Assembly (NCBI GenBank): GCA_049287525.1
Contig: JBAQFZ010000059.1
Coordinates: 3,045-67,044 of the forward strand
From: Halobacteriota archaeon
Lineage (GTDB): Archaea; Halobacteriota; Syntropharchaeia; Alkanophagales; Methanospirareceae
Length of the DNA stretch: 64,000 nt
Direction of reading: 5' to 3'
Shown here: one piece after another, positions 39,237-47,554 of the stretch
Layout: each line of letters starts with the position of its first letter
Numbering within the stretch: the first letter of the stretch is position 1
The notes under the pieces: model-generated
The model's database searches: none
The model's input: the letters and a program-made list of their open reading frames with translations, nothing else
What the model was told of the DNA's origin: nothing
Translations under genes and position numbers: made by a program

Positions 39237-42077
39237 TTACTTTATTTCGAGGAAGCCTGTATCAAACACTGTTGGTGTCCACAGCGTTGATTCTACTACT
39301 ACCCGGAATGCTTTCTTGCCCGCTGGAACTCCAGTTGGTACGTCTGCTCTGAGTGGTATCAGTACCTCACCACCTGCGGGTATCGCAACTTCTTTCGACG
39401 TCCAGTTGAACCATGCCAGATCGGCTTTCCAATCGTTTGGTATAGACTCGTTGGTCAGACTAACGAGGAATACATCGTCAAAGTTCTCGGTGTTCACGAT
39501 TTTTATACTGAGATTCACACTGCTGTTCACGGTGTTGAATCTTGGTGTAACCGCTGTACCGATTCCGCCTTTTGGTATGATTGACTCGAACACGTTCTCT
39601 AAGCAGTTGTTCTCTTCGTCACTCTCATTTACCTCGTCCTGGTTATCTGCACACACCACTATGGTATCGTTCGTGCCTGACATCGTGAACGGACCCACGG
39701 TGTTCGTGTAGCATTTACCAGCAGCAAGTGCCGGTACTGCATCCTCCATCACATCTACTCCGTCTATCGTGATGGTCGTGTTGCTCACGCCTGCATCTGC
39801 TTCTCCTTTGTTGCAGACCGTGTACGTGATGTTGTAGGTCTTATCCTCCGGACTTACCCATTCCTCGTACTTTGCCCGGATTACCAGGTCTGGCTTTCCT
39901 GGCGTGTTTATCCACGCATCGTCCCAGTCCATAAACCATTTTCCGTCATATTTGCCCTTTGCATACTGAACATTACGGTCAGCGCCACAGTCAACCACAC
40001 GCGCATCCGCTTCAATAACTATTGTATCATTTATTGTACCATTTCGTGTAAGTACAAAACGTGGGCAGTATTCGTTTACACTCCACTCACGGCTGACAAC
40101 GAGGTCTATGGTTACTTCTTCCACGTGGTATTCCGTTGCTTCGCCTGTCCTATTGTTACTTAAGACGATGAGGTCACACTCGCTGAGTATTCCATATCCA
40201 GGTTCTTCAGGGTTCTGGGTGTCTGTCCAGTTCACCAGCTCGTAGCTGTCCTTACAGCAGCAGACCTCTTCCCATTGCGTTTCCCACGGATTACTGAGGT
40301 CTATCTCCTGATGATCCCGTTCTGAATCGAAGTATAGCATGACACCATCCGGCTCCGTACTCGTTAATTTGAGCGTATAAGGCAGCAATTCCACATGGTA
40401 CCATGTCTTTCCATAGTATTCTGTTATGAACGTCCAATCCATGTTTGGATATGAAGTGCCGTCTCTCCATCCCTGACCGCGTGGGTAGAGCTCATATTTG
40501 TCCCAATAGAACCAGTGATAATCGCCATCCGTAGTAAGTTCAATGTAATATGTTTCATTTGGTATTAATTCAACTGGTGTTATGAAATGGAACTGCACCC
40601 ATACGGGCGTGTTCTTGTCTCCGAGCGCACCTAATTGCAACGTCGAACTTCCAATAGGAATCCTATTGGAATTATAGATTGCAACTGTTACGTTTCCCTG
40701 TTCGCCCCATAATGCGACACGTACTGCATCGAGTGTTGACACTGTTGGCACAAAGCTCTGGTAATCTTTTAGCGGCTCATTCTGAAGTGCATCTGAGGTA
40801 ACCGATTTTACCTGCCACTGGTCTACCACTTTCTCGCCTTCCATGTCTATCTGATCGCAGTGGCTGAGTTTACCATCGCCGTTTGTGTCTTCCCAACTAC
40901 TCAGGTGGTATTTCTTATCGGGCTCAGGACATAGCTCATTGAATCCGTTGCTGATTGGCGCATACGGGTCCCACGAGAGGTTCGCGGGATGTAATATCTT
41001 CGGCTTGAATGGGTAAGGTGGTACCAGCGTATCATCTATGGGGACATTTCCTATTTCCATTTTGATGGTCATATTGCCTGCAAATTCTAAGCTGCAGGAT
41101 GCCAAGTCCCAGAATCTTATATTCGTCAGGTTAACATCGCCGGTGTTCTGTACTTCGCATTTGAATTTATAGATGTCGCCAATCCCGGCACCGTATATCT
41201 CGTCTACCCATTCTTCGTTTACAGGGTCCCACACGGTCTTGTTTACTTCTATACCCGGCTCGTGGCAGGGTGGACATTCGAATTCGTTCTCTAAGCAGTT
41301 GTTCTCCTCTACTTCCTCGTCTACTACATTATCGTAGTCCGCGCAAACCAACACCGTTACATTCCTACCGCAAGGGCACTCGAACGTGCCAACGGTGGAC
41401 GTGTAGTTCTCGCCTGCTGCCAGTGGCGGTACAGGGTCTTCTACCACTCCGTTAGCAGCCGGGAAGCCAGCTACCGCGATGGACGTGTTGCTCGCGCCGG
41501 CATCGCCTGCTCCTTTGTTTGCTACCGTGTAGGTTACCATTATGGTATCATTCACCAATGTCTCGTACTTATCGGTGATTACTAGGTCTGGCTTCTCATT
41601 GTCTCTACAACTGAATGTGCCGTCATGCCATATTGCCGGTGGGTTGCCATAAGATTGATTCCCCAGTTTACAACTTTCATTGAGGTCCAGCAGAGTTGTG
41701 CAGTAGCCCTCGTTTTCGCAATGGATTGTAATAGTCGCGAGCTTTAAACGCTCTCCTGTTATATCGCTTACGGAAGGAGATGCTCCGATTATATGCGTTG
41801 CGCCCTTGTCGTATTTCACAAGGAACATCGAAGGGAAATCCCCAGGTGCTGCTTTTGTAATATTCGCGCAACAGGGGTCGTATTCGATCCAGATGTCGAA
41901 ACCAACTACACCCTCAGTTGCATTCAGTAGTATATCCACATCTGTTGTATTGCAATACTCAGCAGAGCTGTTCTCTGGTTCGAACCATACCGTGTTTGGT
42001 GGCAGTGCTGCTACCACGGAAGCTGACATTGCAAATAATAATGTTACTATTCCAAGCACTACTATTTTGTTATTCAT
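39237..42077 (-). CDS. giant secreted surface protein (946 aa): N-terminal cohesin-like domain, 2x CARDB repeats, C-terminal domain shared with the 35028 protein
   Basis: Signal peptide. Two CARDB-like repeats (PDLVITDKYE...VANKGAGDAGASNTSIAV...EENNCLENEF and PDLVIRAKYE...CNKGEADAGVSNTTITI...EENNCLENVF). The C-terminal RFNTVNSSVNLSIKIVNTENFDDVFLVSLTN...WKADLAWFNWTS is homologous to the C-terminus of the 35028 protein. Confidence 0.7.
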   Translation of the reverse strand: MNNKIVVLGIVTLLFAMSASVVAALPPNTVWFEPENSSAEYCNTTDVDILLNATEGVVGFDIWIEYDPCCANITKAAPGDFPSMFLVKYDKGATHIIGASPSVSDITGERLKLATITIHCENEGYCTTLLDLNESCKLGNQSYGNPPAIWHDGTFSCRDNEKPDLVITDKYETLVNDTIMVTYTVANKGAGDAGASNTSIAVAGFPAANGVVEDPVPPLAAGENYTSTVGTFECPCGRNVTVLVCADYDNVVDEEVEENNCLENEFECPPCHEPGIEVNKTVWDPVNEEWVDEIYGAGIGDIYKFKCEVQNTGDVNLTNIRFWDLASCSLEFAGNMTIKMEIGNVPIDDTLVPPYPFKPKILHPANLSWDPYAPISNGFNELCPEPDKKYHLSSWEDTNGDGKLSHCDQIDMEGEKVVDQWQVKSVTSDALQNEPLKDYQSFVPTVSTLDAVRVALWGEQGNVTVAIYNSNRIPIGSSTLQLGALGDKNTPVWVQFHFITPVELIPNETYYIELTTDGDYHWFYWDKYELYPRGQGWRDGTSYPNMDWTFITEYYGKTWYHVELLPYTLKLTSTEPDGVMLYFDSERDHQEIDLSNPWETQWEEVCCCKDSYELVNWTDTQNPEEPGYGILSECDLIVLSNNRTGEATEYHVEEVTIDLVVSREWSVNEYCPRFVLTRNGTINDTIVIEADARVVDCGADRNVQYAKGKYDGKWFMDWDDAWINTPGKPDLVIRAKYEEWVSPEDKTYNITYTVCNKGEADAGVSNTTITIDGVDVMEDAVPALAAGKCYTNTVGPFTMSGTNDTIVVCADNQDEVNESDEENNCLENVFESIIPKGGIGTAVTPRFNTVNSSVNLSIKIVNTENFDDVFLVSLTNESIPNDWKADLAWFNWTSKEVAIPAGGEVLIPLRADVPTGVPAGKKAFRVVVESTLWTPTVFDTGFLEIK

Positions 42078-42113
42078 TTTTTATCTTTTCACCTCCTAAT
42101 TTTTTATATTCGT

Positions 42114-42196
42114 GCACTTACCACGGTACCATGCTGCAAAGCAGTAGGTAAATCCCCATGCATCTCGGACCGTTTAAACCGTGGTTTCTTACTTCT
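42114..42196 (-). ncRNA. conserved ~83-nt 5' leader element (copy 1) between the promoter and the GGAGGTGA Shine-Dalgarno of gene 39237..42077
   Basis: gcacttaccacggtaccatgctgcaaagcagtaggtaaatccccatgcatctcggaccgtttaaaccgtggtttcttacttc is about 90% identical to 47403-47486. Internal complementarity: ccacgg/ccgtgg and tgcaaagca. Confidence 0.45.
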
Positions 42197-42257
42197 TCCT
42201 GTCCATATCCTCTCTTTTTTCATCTTTTCCCTCCTTCCTATTTTTATAAAAAATAAT

Positions 42258-42277
42258 AAGCGGCAGTTTGCCGCTTA
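42258..42277 (-). terminator. GC hairpin directly after the stop of the dockerin gene 42280..43296
   Basis: aagcggc agtttg gccgctt; on the minus strand it is followed by a T-rich tract (reverse complement of aaaaataataa). Confidence 0.5.
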
Positions 42278-42279
42278 TT

Positions 42280-43296
42280 CTATTTTTCCCTGCAACAACA
42301 GCAGTCCAATGCTTCTCCATACATGTAGTGACGAGCGATTTTTATCGCATCGCCCAGGAAGTCTATATTTCCACTGCAATCCACGTCTCCTGCCCACCTG
42401 CATTTTATGGGGTCGCCGTACATGTAGTGCCGTGCCACACCTATCGCATCGCCCAAAAAGTCCACGTTCCCGTTCATGTTCACGTCACCACACTTCCATG
42501 TATTGGTCAGGCAGTTGTTTGTTTCGTTGCTTTCGTCCACGGTATTATTGAAATCAGCACATACCGTTATGTTATCGCTTAGTGGTGTGTATGTCCATAC
42601 ATAGTTGAAACAACCGATATGACTATCGCCTGGTGCCAGAACTACTGGTACTGGGTCGTATTCCACTTCGAGACCGTCAACATACAACATCGTGTTATGC
42701 CCCGCAGAAGCTGTTCCATTACCCGTATTCGTTACGTTATAGCATATCGTGCAGTTATCAGTCCATGTATCAGTGACCTCCAGGTCTGGTCTTTCCCCGC
42801 ATGAGAATGTGCCGTTTTTCCATTCTACATCGAGTGGTAAGGCAGGTGGTGGTGATAGCAATGAACTACCCTCAATGAATCTCAAAGGAGTGGTGCAGAA
42901 ACTCGTACTGTTGCAGCAGTGAATCGTTAGAGTTCCAATTTGGAAAGTCCCATTTTTCGGACTCAGGGTCATGAACGCTATCCACTCTCTGCCATCAACG
43001 CTTCTATCCCACGTCGAATTTTGGGGTGGTAGCCAATTAGTAGTGTTAATTTCCCAAGTTGTTACATTTGCACACCCTGGATCATAAGAGAGGTATATCG
43101 TGCCACCTGCACAACCACGTTCGTCAGTTACATTAGCCCACACCTCTACCTCTGCAGTATTGCAATAAGGTGCATTGCTGTCCTCTGGTTTAAGCCATAC
43201 CAAGTTCTCTGCGGGCTGAGCGGAAGCTGCCGTTATCCAAACCATTGCAAATAACGCAGCTATTCCAAGGAATACTATTTCATTTTTGTGTTTCAT
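42280..43296 (-). CDS. secreted adaptor protein: N-terminal cohesin-like domain, CARDB-like domain, C-terminal type-I dockerin, ends CCCCREK
   Basis: Signal peptide. The N-domain is homologous to the N-domain of the 39237 protein (VW..PE.S.A.YCNT...YDP.CANVT). The dockerin has two Ca-binding repeats GDVNMNGNVDFLGDAIGVARHYMYG / GDVDCSGNIDFLGDAIKIARHYMYG. Confidence 0.68.
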   Translation of the reverse strand: MKHKNEIVFLGIAALFAMVWITAASAQPAENLVWLKPEDSNAPYCNTAEVEVWANVTDERGCAGGTIYLSYDPGCANVTTWEINTTNWLPPQNSTWDRSVDGREWIAFMTLSPKNGTFQIGTLTIHCCNSTSFCTTPLRFIEGSSLLSPPPALPLDVEWKNGTFSCGERPDLEVTDTWTDNCTICYNVTNTGNGTASAGHNTMLYVDGLEVEYDPVPVVLAPGDSHIGCFNYVWTYTPLSDNITVCADFNNTVDESNETNNCLTNTWKCGDVNMNGNVDFLGDAIGVARHYMYGDPIKCRWAGDVDCSGNIDFLGDAIKIARHYMYGEALDCCCCREK

Positions 43297-43539
43297 CTTT
43301 TCTTCTTTCGCCCCTAGATTTTTTACTCTTTCCTTAAAAAATTCTGATAAAGATGTTCTATTTAAAAGCTTTTCGGATAAATTTCTACTGAAACATTGCT
43401 CAAATCAAGCAAAATTAATAATTGATGTTAAGATAGCCCAAAAAATCTGACCGAAATCTCTATTTTTTCTCTCAGCCTATGCTTCTTATTCATCCCTTTT
43501 CTTTTCGCCTTCCCCCATCTTTTTATAAATAAAATGAAT

Positions 43540-43556
43540 AGCGGCATTCAGCCGCT
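43540..43556 (-). terminator. hairpin overlapping the stop codon of gene 43548..46061
   Basis: agcggc attca gccgct. The same sequence is present at 47538-47558. Confidence 0.45.
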
Positions 43557-46061
43557 TATCTTACAGCAACATTTCAGGTCATACTGACCCGGATAGCCGA
43601 CGTAGTATAGCAGGTCTATCACGTCCGACATGTCTATCCGCTTATCGCAGTTCACATCCGCTGCCCATTCATTACAAAATCGGTATTGACCGGGGTAACC
43701 CACATAATATAGCAAGTCTATTACATCCGGCATGTCCACTACTTCATTGCAGTTTACGTCACCGCATTTCCATGTCTCGGTCAGGCAGTTATTGGTCTCG
43801 TTGCTCTCTGCCATAGTATTATTGGAGTCGGCGCATACCGTTATGATGTCGCCTGGTGGCGTGTATGCCCATGTGTAGTTGAAACATCCAAGGTAACTCG
43901 CATTTGGTGCCAAATTCACGGGTACAGAATCATATACCTTTTCAACACCGTCCACAAACAGCATTGTATTATGCCCTGCTGGTGCTGGTGCCGTTCCATT
44001 TCCGACGTTCGTCACGTTATAGCAAATAGTGCAGTTTTCTTGCCACGTATCCGTGATTTTAAGGTCTGGCTTCTCTTCTGGATATTTAACGGTTAACGTT
44101 ACAGTCACTGCATAAGGGTCCTCATCCGGATCATTAGAACTTATATTTAACCAGCCATGATATTCACCTGGAGAAAGACCGGTACAATTAACGCATACGT
44201 TCACCAGTTTTGAGCCACCCGGGGAAACCGTGAATGTTCTTGGATTGGCATCAAGCCAGCCTGAACCTGATTGATAATGAATTCCGATGTCATCCACCAC
44301 CAAACTACCGTTTCCCGCGTTGGAAACCGTGAATGTCTTGCAATTTACTCCTGCAGTAAGATTTGCATAATAAACAAAATTCTCTATTGCGCATTCGCCA
44401 TAACCAACCTTGAAATAGCCATCACCGTTCCAGCCAGAGCCCCAACTGTTTTTTACAATCCAGTAGTCACCTGTTTCATCGTAACCCGCTATTACAACTG
44501 CGTGATTCACATCGTTATCATCGGTGCATCTGTAAACCCCATTTACATCGAAATACCCGCCAAATTCTGAGCCTATGCCCATAGCAACAGAGAGCGGACC
44601 TTTTTCTATCAAACTATCTTTAATTGTTTCTATATCGCTTGGCACACTCCCGGTCTCGTCTATTTTCTTTAGCCTATCGCTCCAATCGGGACATCTATAT
44701 CTATCAGAACAAGGGCAATTTCGTGCAATATACGGGAAGCAAGCCTCGTCAGTTATTCCTTCGTCCCTTATAAATTCAAGTGCTGTTGAATGCCATCCCC
44801 CATTGCAATCTCCACAAACTATGCAGCAATCCGATACTAAATACTGCTCTGAAAGGTCGAAATCCAACTCCGGATTGTCATACAAGATATTGTATTCAGG
44901 TTCTACTATGCCTACGCCAGAAAAAGCCCAGCAACTGCCACAACTGCCTTGATCCTTAACCGGGGTCATCCAATCGCCTCCGTCTTTATTCCTCCAGTCG
45001 AAGTGGTTCGGGAGGCTTATCTCCTTTTCTTTAATTTCTTTCTTATTAAAGTCCGTATCGCCAACACTCTTATTCTTATTTTTGCCAAGTTTTATCTTTC
45101 CCACCTTACACTTCTCGCTTAAATTCAGTAGCTCCGAAACAGTTTTGCGGGTGCCATCAGGCAGCACACAGGTAGTAGAGTTCGTAGCAAAGCAGTCCTT
45201 CTTTCCTTTTGATGCTATAAGCCAACCCTTTTTAGCACAATAGGAAAACTCTCTCCCACACTCACCACGATAAAAAGCCCAGGCATCGCATTCCGCTTTG
45301 TCGGGCATCACACAGATGCCTCGCTCTCCTTTTTCTCCCTTTTCTATTTTGTATTCGTAGCCCATATCCATGCAGTAAACGGCAGCGGGATTTTTGATGC
45401 CTATAACTTCTCCTTCTGCTTTAGTACTGCCACTCTGAGTGCAGTTAAATTCTGACCCTTTCAAGGTTGTTATATCTGCATTAAGGCTACATGCCTCCTC
45501 ACAGCATTCGAAGTCCAGATGTTCTGGTGTTACGTTAATATCTGGCTCGCCACTGAGCCTGACCGTATTATTGCAGCACTTTGTCGGTAGTTCATCGCAG
45601 TCGCCAGGCACCACTTTAGAGCAGAACTTGTAGTCGCCTATTTCCCATCCCCCGGGAACAGGTGCGTATAACGTAACGGTCCACGTTATATAATATCCAC
45701 CGGGAAGCCAGTCAGATGTCGAATCCGTCCATATTAGGGTACCATCCGGAGCATATTCGTAGAAGTAGATGGTATAATAGCTGCCATCACCATAGTTTGC
45801 AAATTGTGAGTAATCTATGAAGTCGTCATAAGGTTCGTAGCAGGGATACTCTGACCAAACACCGTCGCCATACCATCTGAAGTCACACCCTCTGGCAATA
45901 GGCACATCGTAGTAGTCTTCAATTGGGGACTCTTGTTTTGAGATACTAATATTCAACTCCTGAAACTCCACAAATGCTCCTGACCCGGAGAGCAATGATA
46001 GTGTTAATATCATTGTCATCACTATCGCTATTACATTTATATTTCCTCTTTTAGTGTCCAC
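43548..46061 (-). CDS. secreted multidomain protein: papain-like (C1A) cysteine peptidase, CARDB-like domain, C-terminal dockerin, ends KCCCKISG
   Basis: C1 peptidase motifs KDQGSCGSCWAFS, NHAVVIAGYD and WIVKNSWGSGWNGDGYF. The CARDB PDLKITDTWQENCTICYNVTNVGNGTAPAPAGHNTMLFV is near-identical to the one in 47555..50014. Dockerin repeats GDVNCNEVVDMPDVIDLLYYVGYPGQY x2. Confidence 0.75.
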   Translation of the reverse strand: MDTKRGNINVIAIVMTMILTLSLLSGSGAFVEFQELNISISKQESPIEDYYDVPIARGCDFRWYGDGVWSEYPCYEPYDDFIDYSQFANYGDGSYYTIYFYEYAPDGTLIWTDSTSDWLPGGYYITWTVTLYAPVPGGWEIGDYKFCSKVVPGDCDELPTKCCNNTVRLSGEPDINVTPEHLDFECCEEACSLNADITTLKGSEFNCTQSGSTKAEGEVIGIKNPAAVYCMDMGYEYKIEKGEKGERGICVMPDKAECDAWAFYRGECGREFSYCAKKGWLIASKGKKDCFATNSTTCVLPDGTRKTVSELLNLSEKCKVGKIKLGKNKNKSVGDTDFNKKEIKEKEISLPNHFDWRNKDGGDWMTPVKDQGSCGSCWAFSGVGIVEPEYNILYDNPELDFDLSEQYLVSDCCIVCGDCNGGWHSTALEFIRDEGITDEACFPYIARNCPCSDRYRCPDWSDRLKKIDETGSVPSDIETIKDSLIEKGPLSVAMGIGSEFGGYFDVNGVYRCTDDNDVNHAVVIAGYDETGDYWIVKNSWGSGWNGDGYFKVGYGECAIENFVYYANLTAGVNCKTFTVSNAGNGSLVVDDIGIHYQSGSGWLDANPRTFTVSPGGSKLVNVCVNCTGLSPGEYHGWLNISSNDPDEDPYAVTVTLTVKYPEEKPDLKITDTWQENCTICYNVTNVGNGTAPAPAGHNTMLFVDGVEKVYDSVPVNLAPNASYLGCFNYTWAYTPPGDIITVCADSNNTMAESNETNNCLTETWKCGDVNCNEVVDMPDVIDLLYYVGYPGQYRFCNEWAADVNCDKRIDMSDVIDLLYYVGYPGQYDLKCCCKISG

Positions 46062-46092
46062 TTTTCTTTTTCACCTCATATTCTTTATTCTT

Positions 46093-46521
46093 TTATTGGT
46101 CTCTCATCACCTTTTCTTTCTTCTCTCCATTCCTTTTCACTACATACAACCGCATTTCAGTTCGTACTGTCCCGGATAGCCGACGTAATACAGCAGGTCT
46201 ATTACATCCGACATGTCCACCGTTCGTCACATGATAGCAAATCGTGCAGTTAGCTGGCCAGCAGACCCATTTATCGGTGATCTCCAGGTCTGGCAGTAAC
46301 ATTGCTACTTCCGTCAACGGATGCCAATCTCCGCCTTGTTGTATACCACCAGACGAATTGTAGGGTAGCATTGTATCACCAAGCCCATCGTCATCTTCAT
46401 CCGTACCGGCATAGTCGCTCCAGTAGTTACCGCCAGACCAGAACCCGCCGACGATGTTTGTTCCCGGGATAGATTTTATTACTGCTGCCCCACTTTTGCG
46501 CATTTTCATAATTTTACCCAT
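46093..46521 (-). pseudogene. decayed duplicate of the beta-helix/dockerin gene 47555..50014 (N-terminus fused to a C-terminal segment, internal deletions, frameshifted end)
   Basis: The first 17 aa, MGKIMKMRKSGAAVIKS, are identical to the start of the 47555 gene. They are then fused to IPGTNIVGGFWSGGNYWSDYAGTDED.DGLGDTMLPYNSSGGIQQGGDWHPLTEVAMLLPDLE, which is residues ~590-650 of that gene. The DNA at 46201-46330 is near-identical to 48014-48130. Confidence 0.7.
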
Positions 46522-46642
46522 TTTTCTTAAAATTAAAAACCATGACGGGGCTTAGGCTCATATATAGTTATCGAATAGGGATATTGCATAATTAAGGCAA
46601 AATTGGACTATGGCAGCAATCTGACCCGAGTTGAGCAAGTGG
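46522..46642 (-). promoter_or_regulatory. duplicated upstream (promoter/5'UTR) segment, near-identical to 50024..50142
   Basis: ggggcttaggct.atatatagttatcgaatagggatattgcataattaaggcaaaa.tggactatggcagcaatctgacccgagttgagcaag occurs in both places. Contains TATA-like atatatagtta. Confidence 0.5.
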
Positions 46643-46751
46643 AGAGATTTCGTGGAAGACATTGGATGAAAATGTGAAAAAGAGGCTTACGAGGAATCCC
46701 GCACTCTCAAGTAGGGAAAAAAAAGGAAAAAGGTAGATGGATGTCTAACAC

Positions 46752-47339
46752 CTACTTCTCCATCCACATTTCGGCATACTTGAATTCAACCAGCGAACCG
46801 TAGTCGCTGACTCCAGGATCATAGTCCCCTATAAACCCTGTGGCAGTAGCCTCTCTGAACTTTGAATTTTCACTGTACTTGCTCATAAAGTCACCGGATT
46901 TTGACATCATTTTGAACATGCCTTTTTCCAAATCACCCCCACCGGTCCACTGAGCTTGGATGGCTACTGTCTGCACAGTCCCATCAGACACGAACAACTC
47001 TATATCCACAGGAGAGAGAGTTGCAGTGCTCAGTTGTTTATCTACGTCAAAAACATCCTCGGTAGTGAACTTATAACCCCACTTATCCTCCGACAGCCAC
47101 TCTCCCAGCTCAGAGTCGTACCAATACTTGTAAATACTCAAGTACATATCGGTCCCATCGTCGGTCTCCGTCAGCGACAGGAAGGTATAAGTATACAGCT
47201 CAGGCGATTCCTCTACCCAATCCGCATAGGCTGAAACACCCTTTTCTCGATTGATTGTCTTTGATTCCAACGCTACCACCGCTTCACACATGCTCAATGC
47301 AATAACTAACGCTAGCAGGATTGCCGCTATTTTATTCAT
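46752..47339 (-). CDS. secreted hypothetical protein (signal peptide)
   Basis: MNKIAAILLALVIALSMCEAVVA signal; 195 aa; preceded by a GGAGGTGA RBS and leader-element copy 2. Confidence 0.5.
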   Translation of the reverse strand: MNKIAAILLALVIALSMCEAVVALESKTINREKGVSAYADWVEESPELYTYTFLSLTETDDGTDMYLSIYKYWYDSELGEWLSEDKWGYKFTTEDVFDVDKQLSTATLSPVDIELFVSDGTVQTVAIQAQWTGGGDLEKGMFKMMSKSGDFMSKYSENSKFREATATGFIGDYDPGVSDYGSLVEFKYAEMWMEK

Positions 47340-47402
47340 TTTTATTTCTTTTCACCTCCTATTATTTTGGGTATTTATAAAGCACCCCTCCTCGGCGCTG
47401 AT

Positions 47403-47486
47403 GCACTTACCACGGTACCATGTTGCAAAGCAGCAGGTACATCCCCGTGCATCTCGGACATTTTAAACCGTGGTTTCTTACTTCCT
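47403..47486 (-). ncRNA. conserved ~83-nt 5' leader element (copy 2) upstream of gene 46752..47339
   Basis: gcacttaccacggtaccatgttgcaaagcagcaggtacatccccgtgcatctcggacattttaaaccgtggtttcttacttcc. See 42114-42196. Confidence 0.45.
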
Positions 47487-47554
47487 TTTCTCATCTCCAT
47501 TCTTTTTCTTCAGTCTCTACTCGCCTATTTTCATAAAAAAATAATGGGCGGCAT

